Virus record (IMG/VR): IMGVR_UViG_3300020205_001800
Coordinates: 1-64,000 of that record
DNA from: a virus
Direction: 5' to 3' (one strand)
Length of the DNA stretch: 64,000 bases
Shown here: one piece after another, positions 29,131 through 38,503 of the stretch
Position numbering within the stretch: position 1 is the first letter of the stretch
Layout: each line of letters begins with the position of its first letter
The notes under the pieces: generated by a model
The model's input: the letters and a program-made list of their open reading frames with translations, nothing else
What the model was told of the DNA's origin: nothing
Databases searched by the model: none
Made by a program: the position numbers and the translations under genes

Positions 29131-29741
29131 AACCGGTTAATCCACACAGCAACGTCACTTCATCAGCTAATCAAAAGCCTAAATTTAAAAAATATTTAAC
29201 TTTTGAGACCGTTAATACCCTTACTGATGCAAAACACCTAGCAAATGACATTGCAGAAACCTATAGATATGCTTATAGAGCAAAGGCATTGTTATCTGGT
29301 CACGCTGACGTTAAAGTTGGCCATGTTATTTACTTAGATAACTTAGATCATGGCATGTCCGGATACTGGACAGTGCTTTCTGTTACGCACCTTTTTGGAA
29401 GCGGTAATGCGTCCTACCAGTTAGATGTAGTTTTAGGCTGCGACGTACTGGGGGACGTAGATCCAGAAGCAAAAAATAGATCTGAAGTTAGAGATTTTGA
29501 TGCTGAGTTCTCAGGGAAATCTTTGTTTCCCTCTAACAGCGTATTGTCTGATTACTCTAACTTTGTAACAACAGGCGTCCCAGAAGGACCTAAATTGCCT
29601 ACCCCGACGTCTAAAAACGTACCTTCCGCGTACGCCCCGGCCACAAGTACGGAATATACTACTGACCTGTACAAAGACGATGTTCCCGATACCTCAACTA
29701 TTAATCGTATGACGACTTGGAGGGCAATACGTGGCGGCTGA
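29127..29741 (+). CDS. Baseplate hub protein, C-terminal part
   Basis: G...V.VG..I.L......SGYW.V.SVTH.F motif of hub C-termini; ATGA overlap. Confidence 0.7.
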   Translation: MKPVNPHSNVTSSANQKPKFKKYLTFETVNTLTDAKHLANDIAETYRYAYRAKALLSGHADVKVGHVIYLDNLDHGMSGYWTVLSVTHLFGSGNASYQLDVVLGCDVLGDVDPEAKNRSEVRDFDAEFSGKSLFPSNSVLSDYSNFVTTGVPEGPKLPTPTSKNVPSAYAPATSTEYTTDLYKDDVPDTSTINRMTTWRAIRGG

Positions 29742-30276
29742 CGACGTAACTATGCAAGATTACATGTTAGATCCTCTGGGACGTGTGCGTTTTTTTGGTG
29801 TTTATGAGGGGACAGTTATTTCTATTACTGACCCTTTAAAGAAAAATAGAATTCAATTAAGCGTTACCGTAACTGGGTCTCAGGTGACCGGGTGGGCTAG
29901 AGCTTGTCTTCCACCAACAACTATTGCGGATCACCCAGACCATCAAGAGCATTTAGCGGTCGACATTGCCGCTTTGCTTACTACTACATCAACAACCGCT
30001 ACTGGAACCGCTACCTCTGGAGGATCTCCTGCCCATACTCATCCAGTGTCGGTAACTGTGCCGGCACTCACCGTGGTAGCTAAGAGCGGAGCTGGTACCC
30101 TTAAGCACCCCCATAAAACAACAGTCAATGTGGTTAACAAGTGGAATGACGCTATAGACGCGCCGACTACTCAAGAGCACACTCCTCACCGGGTATTGCC
30201 AAAAGTTGGCGCCAAAGTTTGGGTTATGTTTATTGCGGGAATCCCAGAAGAACCAGTTTGGATTGGAGTGCAATGA
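29731..30276 (+). CDS. Baseplate spike (gp5/gpV OB-fold) with His-rich insert
   Basis: GVYEG.V....DP...RI, GWAR and P.VG..VWVMF..G.PE.PVWIG motifs. Confidence 0.8.
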   Translation: MAADDVTMQDYMLDPLGRVRFFGVYEGTVISITDPLKKNRIQLSVTVTGSQVTGWARACLPPTTIADHPDHQEHLAVDIAALLTTTSTTATGTATSGGSPAHTHPVSVTVPALTVVAKSGAGTLKHPHKTTVNVVNKWNDAIDAPTTQEHTPHRVLPKVGAKVWVMFIAGIPEEPVWIGVQ

Positions 30277-30659
30277 AAGCCTTTACCTACCCATTTACAC
30301 TCGACCCATTTGGTGTTGCGGATACTTCAGAAATTCAAGGAAAGATATACAAGGATCGAATAGTGACTCTTTTGTCTACAGCAGTTGGAACACGCCCTAT
30401 GCGACCAACCTATGGAACAAACCTAGCTAAAGCCATGTTTGAAAACCAAGACGATTCTGCTTCTGCTATTAGATCAACTATTAAAGCTGCAATTAGCCTT
30501 TGGATACCAGAAGTACAAATTGATTCTATTGATATACGTGGTGTTCAAGAAGACGGTCGAATGCTAGTAGATTTAATTGTAATTCTACCGGATTACACCC
30601 TGGCTTCCTTAGCAGTATCTAGCGTAACTTTAACTCCAACTGGAAACGTAACGAGGTAA
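30273..30659 (+). CDS. Baseplate wedge protein (gp25/W-like)
   Basis: LLST..GTRPMRPTYG..L....FE...W.PEV motif; ATGA overlap start at 30273. Confidence 0.9.
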   Translation: MKAFTYPFTLDPFGVADTSEIQGKIYKDRIVTLLSTAVGTRPMRPTYGTNLAKAMFENQDDSASAIRSTIKAAISLWIPEVQIDSIDIRGVQEDGRMLVDLIVILPDYTLASLAVSSVTLTPTGNVTR

Positions 30660-30661
30660 TA

Positions 30662-32224
30662 ATGAGCAATCAACTTCCCTTTCAAATTGACTACACGTCT
30701 AGAGATTACGATAGTCTTATTGCTGACCTTAAAAGTCTTGTAAACCTTCGCACAGAAAACGCATGGACTGGTGAAGACCCTAACGACCTTGGCACAGTAA
30801 TTTTAGAGTCATTTGCGTATATGGGGGACATCCTTTCTTATTACATCGATCGTGTAGCAAATGAACTTTCAGTAGAAACAGCTGCTCGTAGACAGACTCT
30901 TGTGAATTTAGGGCTTCTTTTTGGTTACCGAGTTTCTGGGCCGACCCCAGCAACTATTGATGTTACTTTTCAAAATATAAGCACGCAGACTATTGCTATC
31001 CCTGTAGGTACTCAAGTACTAGCAACTTTGCAGTATGGAATTTACACTGAAATTTATTTTGAAACAATTCAATCTGCTACAAGCCTTGTTCCAGGAGATA
31101 GTATAACTTTAACCTGTCTAGAAGGAAAAACAGTAAATACTGATAAGCCTAACCTTATTAGCCCAACTACAAATAAACCTTTGCCGGTTAACCTTGGAAG
31201 TTCCACGGGACGCGCTAATCAAACTTTGTCTTTGTTTGATTCTGGTGTGGTAGACAACAGCGTAACTGTATACGTAGGTCAAAATGCCTCTTTTACACCT
31301 TGGAAATTTGTTGACACTCTTTTAGAGTGGGGACCTACAAGTTACGTATTTACAACTTCTATCGATGAATATGGAGTTACCTCTGTTGTTTTTGGAGACG
31401 GAATTAACGGAGCAATCCCCCCTGTAGGCCAAGCAGTTAGTGCGCTATACAAAACTAGCTTAGGAATTGCTGGAAATATTGCAGCAAATACCGTAGAAGA
31501 AGTTACGTTCTTGCCAGGAAATACACTAAAAGCGGCGGTTTCATACCTTACTGTTAATAACGCAGCAAAGTCATATGGCGGAGCTGATGGCGATGATCTG
31601 AATCAAATTCGTAATAAAGTAAAAGCTGCTATTGCTACCCGCAAACGTGCGGTTACTTTAGCTGACTACGAAAACCTTAGCCTACTGGTACCTCAAGTAG
31701 GGCGAGTCAAAGCCACTTCAGCTGTGTATACGTCTGTGTCCTTGTACCTACAAAGTCAGAACGACGGGTCAGTAACTCCAGGACTTGCATTGGGCTCTCC
31801 AACTTCTTTGTGGACAGGTACGTCTAACAACGTTAAAGCTTATTTAAGTGACAAAATTCCAGTGGGAACAACCCTTACTGTTCTTCCACCAACATACGTA
31901 AATCTTACTCTTGAACTTACTATTACTGTTAAATCTTCTTACAAAGCCACAGATGTAGCTAAAGACATTAGGTCTGCGTTTATTAATTCTGACGGGCTCT
32001 TTTCATATGAAAAACAAGCTTTTGGTCAAGACGTATCCTACGCATCCATTATTGCAACGGTTTATAACTTGCCCGCAGTAAAAAATGGCGGCACGATAGT
32101 TGTTTCTAAATTTAATCGTTTAGGAAACAGCTCTGTAGAACCGGCGGCAATCGTACTTACAGACGCAGAAATTGCAGTTCTTCCAACAGAAAACTTAATA
32201 ATTACGGTTAATGCCACAGCCTAA
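30662..32224 (+). CDS. Baseplate J/gp6-like wedge protein
   Basis: IDYTSRDYDS, DLG...LE..AY.GD.LSYY.DR.ANE, FGDG..G.IP and RAVT..DY motifs. Confidence 0.92.
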   Translation: MSNQLPFQIDYTSRDYDSLIADLKSLVNLRTENAWTGEDPNDLGTVILESFAYMGDILSYYIDRVANELSVETAARRQTLVNLGLLFGYRVSGPTPATIDVTFQNISTQTIAIPVGTQVLATLQYGIYTEIYFETIQSATSLVPGDSITLTCLEGKTVNTDKPNLISPTTNKPLPVNLGSSTGRANQTLSLFDSGVVDNSVTVYVGQNASFTPWKFVDTLLEWGPTSYVFTTSIDEYGVTSVVFGDGINGAIPPVGQAVSALYKTSLGIAGNIAANTVEEVTFLPGNTLKAAVSYLTVNNAAKSYGGADGDDLNQIRNKVKAAIATRKRAVTLADYENLSLLVPQVGRVKATSAVYTSVSLYLQSQNDGSVTPGLALGSPTSLWTGTSNNVKAYLSDKIPVGTTLTVLPPTYVNLTLELTITVKSSYKATDVAKDIRSAFINSDGLFSYEKQAFGQDVSYASIIATVYNLPAVKNGGTIVVSKFNRLGNSSVEPAAIVLTDAEIAVLPTENLIITVNATA

Positions 32225-32296
32225 TCGGGGCTTGTCATGACAGAAAACAAAAAGTATTAGAAAATAGCAAGATACTCTAACTAGATAGGTAGGAAC

Positions 32297-32818
32297 ATGG
32301 CAGCACAATTTCCCGGTCAAGTAAGAACGTGGACCCCAAAAGTAGACTTAGTAAATACCGTCTATGCTGACCACATTAACCTTCTTCAAGATGAGGTGCG
32401 TGCGGTTGAGGCAACACTTACGTCTGACATTTTAACCTCAGATTACACAGGTGCTTTTGCATCTACAACGTCTTGGGCTAATCTAAGCCTTAGATTACGT
32501 AACATTGAGTCTGGTCTTGTAAACGGAGTTACAGGATCTGTTTACTTTAAAAAAACCGGAGACGCGGTTACCCCTCCTTCTGGAACAGTCGGTATTGCTT
32601 TAAAAACTACAGCGGGCACAGCAAACCTTGTAGAAACTAGAAGCGCAGCTAACGTACTTAACTTTAACGTTGATAAAGACGGTTTACCTAAAGTAGGCGC
32701 TGCCGTAATTGTTTATGTTGGAAGTGCTGAATATACAGCTTTAGTCTCAGCAACTACTGCTGCACAGTCACAGGCTGATGCAGCACCGTTTAATCAATTT
32801 CTATTAGCTGGACTGTAA
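32297..32818 (+). CDS. Tail/baseplate fibre attachment protein
   Basis: FP....W..KVD....V.A.HIN.LQDEV.A.E..L motif; FLLAGL C-terminus. Confidence 0.65.
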   Translation: MAAQFPGQVRTWTPKVDLVNTVYADHINLLQDEVRAVEATLTSDILTSDYTGAFASTTSWANLSLRLRNIESGLVNGVTGSVYFKKTGDAVTPPSGTVGIALKTTAGTANLVETRSAANVLNFNVDKDGLPKVGAAVIVYVGSAEYTALVSATTAAQSQADAAPFNQFLLAGL

Positions 32819-32842
32819 GTCCAAGAATAGCGGCGCACATAT

Positions 32843-35800
32843 ATGGGTAAGTACGGTTATTTTAGATATGGTCCTGGGACTAAATACGGCGAAATTGATT
32901 CAAACCGCCTGTACTACTCCTCAGGTATATCTGCCTGGGCATATGACTACAATTCCGTATCCTTAACCTGGTCTTCTATTGTTGCAGATCCAGATGACGC
33001 AGAAAATTTGCCAACGCACTGGAGACTTACAAGAAACTACGGTGGTGAGGCTGACTCACCTTTTACGGGAGATGTACTTGACTCAGGAGTAATTGAGTCT
33101 TACAGACTTTCCTACTTAGATAACGGATTAGATCTTTTAGGTAATATTGAAGCTACATACACCCTGTGGGTATTTAATGGCGTTAGATGGATTAACACAG
33201 GTTCAATTGCTGTTCAAGTAGTCGATGAAACAAATACGTCAGACATAGTAAAAAGCCGTATGCCTGCAGCATGGCTAAACGCAGTTTTTGGCGTAGGAGA
33301 CGCGGTAGGTGAAACTGAAGATTTTGCTTTGTCTAAGGTCATGGACGCGTACATTTTTGAATACGATCGTTTAAAAAATCAAGCTTATTTATTAGAAGAG
33401 TCTAGTAACGGAGATCTAATTCCGTCTAAATTGTTAAAAGACAAGGTGCTTGAACTAGGGTTTACTTATGAGCCTTCTTTAGGAGACGTTTACCACAGAT
33501 CTCTGTACAAAGCTGGCCACACAATTAACGCAAATAAAGGAACAACTAGGGGTTTAGTAGCGTACACAACCGCACTAACTCATTGGCCTTGTCATATTGA
33601 GCTTGGTAACAATTTAATGCTTGACTATAACGACTCCTCATTTGAAGAGTCTACAGGTCGCTGGTCTATTACCGGAGGTACTTTAACTAGGCAGCCGTAT
33701 CAAACAGCTACCTCTGTATTAGGTGTGCCTGTAACTATTGCCGTACCTAAACTATATGATACTAACTATCCGCCAAGGTCTATTGCTTGTGGGTTAGTAA
33801 CAACTTCTTCAACGTCAACAGTACTAACCTTAGGGGTTTCAACTCCCATTACCTATGGAATACCCGTTTCTCCCGGGACACGGTATTTCTTTAGAGGATT
33901 AGTTAGACAGATATCTACCACTCCAGCTGCTGTAACAGTGGCTATTTCTTGGTTTACTTCGGCAGGAACTTTAATTTCTATAACTACTCCCGACACACCA
34001 CTAACTACGTCTACCGACTGGCAAGAAGTTCGTTCAGGATCAACTTTTGCTCAAAACGGTTTTGAAGCTCCAGCTACAGCAACGTATGCGGGCATAACAA
34101 TAACTTTAGCCTCTTTAACAAATAAACAATTTTTATTTGATTTATTAGAGTTAAAGGTGGCAGAAGTTGCTGATATGGGCGTGTTGGGAACAGTCCCTGC
34201 ATATGAATACGAAGACGCCAGATTAGTGGAAATTTTAGTTCAATCTGACGTTGAAAACGTAATTCCAAACCCAGAATTTGAAAATGGAACCGCTTTTTGG
34301 GAAGCCTATAACGGTGACCTTTACGTTGATGAATCTCCACCAACAGGATCTAACATTATGGGTACCCGGTGCGGAAAACTTACTTCTTCAACAGAAGGCA
34401 CTACCGCAATAGTTTCTGATTGGCTTACGCTTACTCCAGGAACCACATACAGTTTCTCAGCATACGTTAGTGGGGCTGTAGGTAAGAAAGCAAAAGCTAG
34501 AATTGAATTTTCTTCTCCAAGAACCCTAGACGATCAAGTTAAAATCCTTAAAGATGAATCTTCAGGTAACTCTTACTATGATCCAGCCGTTTACTACGTA
34601 GATTCAGATGAATTTACTGTTAGCGCAGCAGCCGAAAGAATTTTTGTAAGCGGCGTTTCACCCGAGTACAGCTTTGATTACGGCGACCCAATGGCTAAAG
34701 TGTCTATTTACTTTACTAATGCGGAGGTAGGAAACGAGTTCTACGTAGACGCAGTACTTTTGTCACCAACTTCTGAGCAACAAGATTATTTTTCTGGTTC
34801 AGGAGGCCTTTTTCCAGAAGACCCAAATGTTAATACTTTCTATGACATTACAGACTGCCGTTGGGAGCGTAGAGAACAACTTAACTTTGTTTCTAACCCT
34901 ACTCTTGAAACAACAGATAAATGGACAGCAGAAGCCGGTACAACGCTAACCTCATCTACCGATTATGCTCTTTTTGGAACAAAATCTGGAAAAGTGTCTA
35001 AAGCTGGTGGTGGAAGCATATCTACTCAAGTATTTCTACCTAGGGGAACCGCTATTGGCGGCGAAGACATAGTTATCTCTGCTTACGTAAAAAATAAAGC
35101 GGGAACTTACACTATTTCTACAACCGGTCAAACTGCGTACTCATACACTGTAGCTGAAAGCGCAAAAGATATTTGGACTCGTTTATATGTCCATAGAGTT
35201 ACTGAAATTGATGAAACTAACTTTACCCTTACTATTTCTTTAAACACCGGCTCTGGTGCCGCAGCGGTGTTTTACGTAGATGGCGTTCAAGCTGAGTATG
35301 GTCGAATTCCAACTCCATTTGTAAACCCAGGGGCTGTTGGGGTATCTACTTCGCCAAATGCTGCGATAGCTACTGAGTCTGTGCACTATGGTTACGGAGA
35401 ATTAGAGCACAGTAGCATTAGTTATTGGTCTAATCGTTACGCAGCAAAATTGGCTCGACTTCAGGGAACTATCCAAAAATACCTTCCTCATGGGTCTAGC
35501 CACTCAATTGGTACGCCGCCATCTGTAGTTGGGTTTACAGATTTGCAAACAACTCTACTGCCTTCAGCGTCCTTTGAATCTGATTTAAAAGGTTGGAATC
35601 AGCAGGCATCTACATTAAAAAGAATTGTTTCAAGAGGTTCAATTTTTGATGAGTTATTAACTCACGGAGCAGCGTACGCAAAGGTATCTTCAACTGGCAG
35701 TAATAATTTTGGAGCTGTTTCAGATTTAATTAAAATTAGCGCTGGAACTGGATACTTCTTATCTGCAGCAATTAGGCCAGAGACTGAAGACTCCTACGGA

Positions 35801-36274
35801 ACTTACACTTTAAAGCTTAATTGGTACGACTCAGATCAAGATTATCTGTATTCCAAAGAATACGCCGCAAATATTCAAACTAAAGACTATTGGACCCACC
35901 TTCAAGTTGTTGCGCCTGGATCTAAAACTATTTCTATAATTTCTGGGTCAGTAACCAGCGGAGTTGGCACGGTAACTACCGCTGCCCCTCACGGGTTTTC
36001 TGCAGGTGAAGTTGTTACCTTTGGAACAATAACCGGTACAGCCGGTGAATTTCCAACCCTACTTAGTGGCCTTACCGTCACTATTACCGGCATAACTAGC
36101 ACTACTTTTAATTTTGATGTTGATTCTGATGACTCAGCGGAGATAGACATTACTCTTTCTGCAATCTTTGTTAGCACTGGAATGCACTATGCCACAGTCG
36201 AGGTAGTGGCTGATCCAGACTTCCCTGGAGCGGGCCGAACCTTCCACCTTGACAAGGTTATATTTAGAGAGTAG
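32843..36274 (+). CDS. Baseplate wedge/tail protein (P2 I-like) with four CBM/galactose-binding-like domains
   Basis: LGF.YE...KGT.RG wedge motif; four N(L/V)..N.SFE....W repeats; C-terminal TAAPHGF..GE.V module. Confidence 0.72.
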   Translation: MGKYGYFRYGPGTKYGEIDSNRLYYSSGISAWAYDYNSVSLTWSSIVADPDDAENLPTHWRLTRNYGGEADSPFTGDVLDSGVIESYRLSYLDNGLDLLGNIEATYTLWVFNGVRWINTGSIAVQVVDETNTSDIVKSRMPAAWLNAVFGVGDAVGETEDFALSKVMDAYIFEYDRLKNQAYLLEESSNGDLIPSKLLKDKVLELGFTYEPSLGDVYHRSLYKAGHTINANKGTTRGLVAYTTALTHWPCHIELGNNLMLDYNDSSFEESTGRWSITGGTLTRQPYQTATSVLGVPVTIAVPKLYDTNYPPRSIACGLVTTSSTSTVLTLGVSTPITYGIPVSPGTRYFFRGLVRQISTTPAAVTVAISWFTSAGTLISITTPDTPLTTSTDWQEVRSGSTFAQNGFEAPATATYAGITITLASLTNKQFLFDLLELKVAEVADMGVLGTVPAYEYEDARLVEILVQSDVENVIPNPEFENGTAFWEAYNGDLYVDESPPTGSNIMGTRCGKLTSSTEGTTAIVSDWLTLTPGTTYSFSAYVSGAVGKKAKARIEFSSPRTLDDQVKILKDESSGNSYYDPAVYYVDSDEFTVSAAAERIFVSGVSPEYSFDYGDPMAKVSIYFTNAEVGNEFYVDAVLLSPTSEQQDYFSGSGGLFPEDPNVNTFYDITDCRWERREQLNFVSNPTLETTDKWTAEAGTTLTSSTDYALFGTKSGKVSKAGGGSISTQVFLPRGTAIGGEDIVISAYVKNKAGTYTISTTGQTAYSYTVAESAKDIWTRLYVHRVTEIDETNFTLTISLNTGSGAAAVFYVDGVQAEYGRIPTPFVNPGAVGVSTSPNAAIATESVHYGYGELEHSSISYWSNRYAAKLARLQGTIQKYLPHGSSHSIGTPPSVVGFTDLQTTLLPSASFESDLKGWNQQASTLKRIVSRGSIFDELLTHGAAYAKVSSTGSNNFGAVSDLIKISAGTGYFLSAAIRPETEDSYGTYTLKLNWYDSDQDYLYSKEYAANIQTKDYWTHLQVVAPGSKTISIISGSVTSGVGTVTTAAPHGFSAGEVVTFGTITGTAGEFPTLLSGLTVTITGITSTTFNFDVDSDDSAEIDITLSAIFVSTGMHYATVEVVADPDFPGAGRTFHLDKVIFRE

Positions 36275-36277
36275 GTT
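36249..36277 (+). promoter_or_regulatory. SigA-type promoter for the replication module
   Basis: TTGACA (36249-54), 17-nt spacer, TAGGTT (36272-77); lies at the structural/replication boundary. Confidence 0.7.
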
Positions 36278-36285
36278 CTGAGGCT

Positions 36286-36561
36286 ATGACAACTCTTCTT
36301 GTGGTAGCTATGGCAGCTGCGTTTGTGGTAACTGCCGTTGAAGAACTAATAATGCCCTTAGATAAACTTAAGGGTCTTATTGCCCTAAGTATGTGCACAG
36401 TAGGCTGCCTAGTTATGCGTCCTTTAGGCTGGGATCAGATTTTTTACGTGTTTGCGGCTACGTTCCTATCTTTAACGACCACGGTCATTGTTGATACCCT
36501 ATTTACTGGCAAAACCCGACGAGAATCTCTCGGTTTGCCAAAACCAATTCCACCTCGCTAA
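36286..36561 (+). CDS. Small membrane protein (about 3 TM)
   Basis: Three hydrophobic segments. Confidence 0.7.
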   Translation: MTTLLVVAMAAAFVVTAVEELIMPLDKLKGLIALSMCTVGCLVMRPLGWDQIFYVFAATFLSLTTTVIVDTLFTGKTRRESLGLPKPIPPR

Positions 36562-36588
36562 AGTAAGCCTCCCTTAGAAGGAGGAACT

Positions 36589-37530
36589 ATGAGGTCACCA
36601 ATCTCAGATCCAAGTTTGTCGTTAGCCGCAAAAGGGCTATACGCATTTTTCTTGGAAATCGGTAGGGTTGCATCTGTAGATGAGATGTCTGCTGCACACC
36701 CTGAAAGTAAGTATGCAATGACAAAAGCAATGAAAGAGTTAAAAGACAGCCACTACATTAAGGCTGTCCGATTTCAACAAAACGCCGGGCAATGGAATAC
36801 GTTGCTCAAATTTTCTGACCCAAAACTAAACTTATATGTAACTGAAGCCGACACTCCAAATACGAGTGTTCTGTCTACTGTTAGTACTATAGATATAGAC
36901 AATAGTACTAGTACAGCTAATAGCTCTAATATAGATACAGTTACTAACGTAACTGTATCTATAGGGGCTGCGCCCCTTAAGAAGAAAGGTACTGTAATGA
37001 CTTGGCCGACTTTTGATGAAGAGCAACCTGAACGCAAAAAGTACAGCTTCCGAGTTCAGGAAGAGTCCGACGCTACCCCAGGCGCTGTAGGTAAAGTTGA
37101 GGATAAGAAAGCACTCCGAAACCAGAAATACAAAAAGAATAAGTTCATGGCTGTTCCTGAATCGATGCGTCGTAATGAACGGCCTGAAGATCAGTGGACT
37201 ACCGCCGATCTTGTTGCTGAGTTCTATGATTTAAACCGCGACGCAGACCACGGCGCCCCAAGCCAAGTTAATGGCAAGCATTTAACAACTTGGATTAACA
37301 AGATGGTTGGAGAAGGCGTAACTCGGCTAGCTTTACTAAAAGCAATCCGGATGTTCTTTGCTGATCCCCGACTCACCCGAGATGCGGGAATTGGAAGCCC
37401 TCTGTATAGTCGCTTTATTGCCTACTATCAATCCGTCCATGGAATCGTTTCTCGAGTTGCAGAAACTGTTTATGAAGACGAGGATATGAAGGCACACCAA
37501 GAAAAAATGCTTAAGTTATTGGAGGGCTGA
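36589..37530 (+). CDS. Replication initiator-like protein (N-terminal winged HTH)
   Basis: D..LSL.AKGLY...A.KEL....YI motif; S/T-rich linker; AAGGAGG RBS; precedes a DnaC-like ATPase. Confidence 0.72.
   Translation: MRSPISDPSLSLAAKGLYAFFLEIGRVASVDEMSAAHPESKYAMTKAMKELKDSHYIKAVRFQQNAGQWNTLLKFSDPKLNLYVTEADTPNTSVLSTVSTIDIDNSTSTANSSNIDTVTNVTVSIGAAPLKKKGTVMTWPTFDEEQPERKKYSFRVQEESDATPGAVGKVEDKKALRNQKYKKNKFMAVPESMRRNERPEDQWTTADLVAEFYDLNRDADHGAPSQVNGKHLTTWINKMVGEGVTRLALLKAIRMFFADPRLTRDAGIGSPLYSRFIAYYQSVHGIVSRVAETVYEDEDMKAHQEKMLKLLEG
36930..36963. repeat. Perfect 15-bp inverted repeat inside the initiator gene (candidate origin element)
   Basis: TATAGATACAGTTAC-TAAC-GTAACTGTATCTATA. Confidence 0.8.
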
Positions 37531-38207
37531 TGTATAACATTGCGGAACTTCCCGGAAGCATTCGGGCACAGATTAATGCCGCGGGTCTCCCAATGAAAAC
37601 CATTGGGTGGCAATTTGATGACCTAGAACAAAGCGAGTCTTTGGACAAAGTCCGGGATTGGGTGGAATTAGTCCGCTCAGGCAAAGTAATCCAAGCTGCT
37701 GGAGAACGCACCTGCGGCCTAGGATTGATGCTGGTAGGGGAACCTGGTCACGGTAAGACTACTCTCGCGTCTGTGGCCCTACAGGAGCTTTTAATGACCA
37801 TGCCTAGGACTGTCTGGGGGGTTCCCGATTCAGCTCCTAAACGACCAGGGCTATTTATGGACTATCCCAAGCTTCTACGACTTCAGAAGGCTCAGTGGTC
37901 TGAGTTTGACGATTCAACAGAAACTATGATCAATGGGATTTACGGAGAGGCTTCTAGGGAAAACATCGTTCGAACATTTGTTCTAGACGACCTAGGCAAG
38001 GAGTACAGAACTGCCAATGGTTGGGCTGAGAATACGTTTGACGCTCTTTTACGGGCTCGCTTTAATGCCGGCCTTCCCACTATTGTTACGACTAACGTTC
38101 CACTAAAAAACTGGGGCACAGTGTACGGAGAGCCTATGGGTAGTTTTGCCCGTGAAGCTTTCATTCCACTTGCCATAATAGCTACGCAAGGAGACCGACG
38201 ACGATGA
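37530..38207 (+). CDS. DnaC/IstB-like AAA+ helicase loader
   Basis: Walker A GEPGHGKT, Walker B VLDDLGKE, R.....PTIVTTN and GDRR. Confidence 0.9.
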   Translation: MYNIAELPGSIRAQINAAGLPMKTIGWQFDDLEQSESLDKVRDWVELVRSGKVIQAAGERTCGLGLMLVGEPGHGKTTLASVALQELLMTMPRTVWGVPDSAPKRPGLFMDYPKLLRLQKAQWSEFDDSTETMINGIYGEASRENIVRTFVLDDLGKEYRTANGWAENTFDALLRARFNAGLPTIVTTNVPLKNWGTVYGEPMGSFAREAFIPLAIIATQGDRRR

Positions 38208-38503
38208 GGACATCAATGACAAACGATTGGCAAACCACTCAGATTTTTCTTTCTGACAATGGTGTTTTTGAGGTAGAAGTAAGCGCCTCTAGTTTTCGGC
38301 TTCGTTGTAAATGCAATGGTTACTCAACTCGTTTAAGTTGCAAACATACACGATTTGTAAAACAACGCATGAATGCTAATAACGGCATTTACCCAACAGA
38401 GATTTCTACTAAGGCCTCAAAAGTAGACACCCTTATTGCAAGTAAAGATCCAAAAGCTTTTAGAGAGCTTTTAATTCATTACGGCAAAATCGAGGTTATT
38501 TAA
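38204..38503 (+). CDS. SWIM zinc-finger protein
   Basis: CKC...CKH motif. Confidence 0.7.
   Translation: MRTSMTNDWQTTQIFLSDNGVFEVEVSASSFRLRCKCNGYSTRLSCKHTRFVKQRMNANNGIYPTEISTKASKVDTLIASKDPKAFRELLIHYGKIEVI

Noticed and set aside
19665-32224. Extracellular contractile injection system or tailocin
   Set aside because: A capsid gene and a full replication module are on the same contig, so this is a phage tail.
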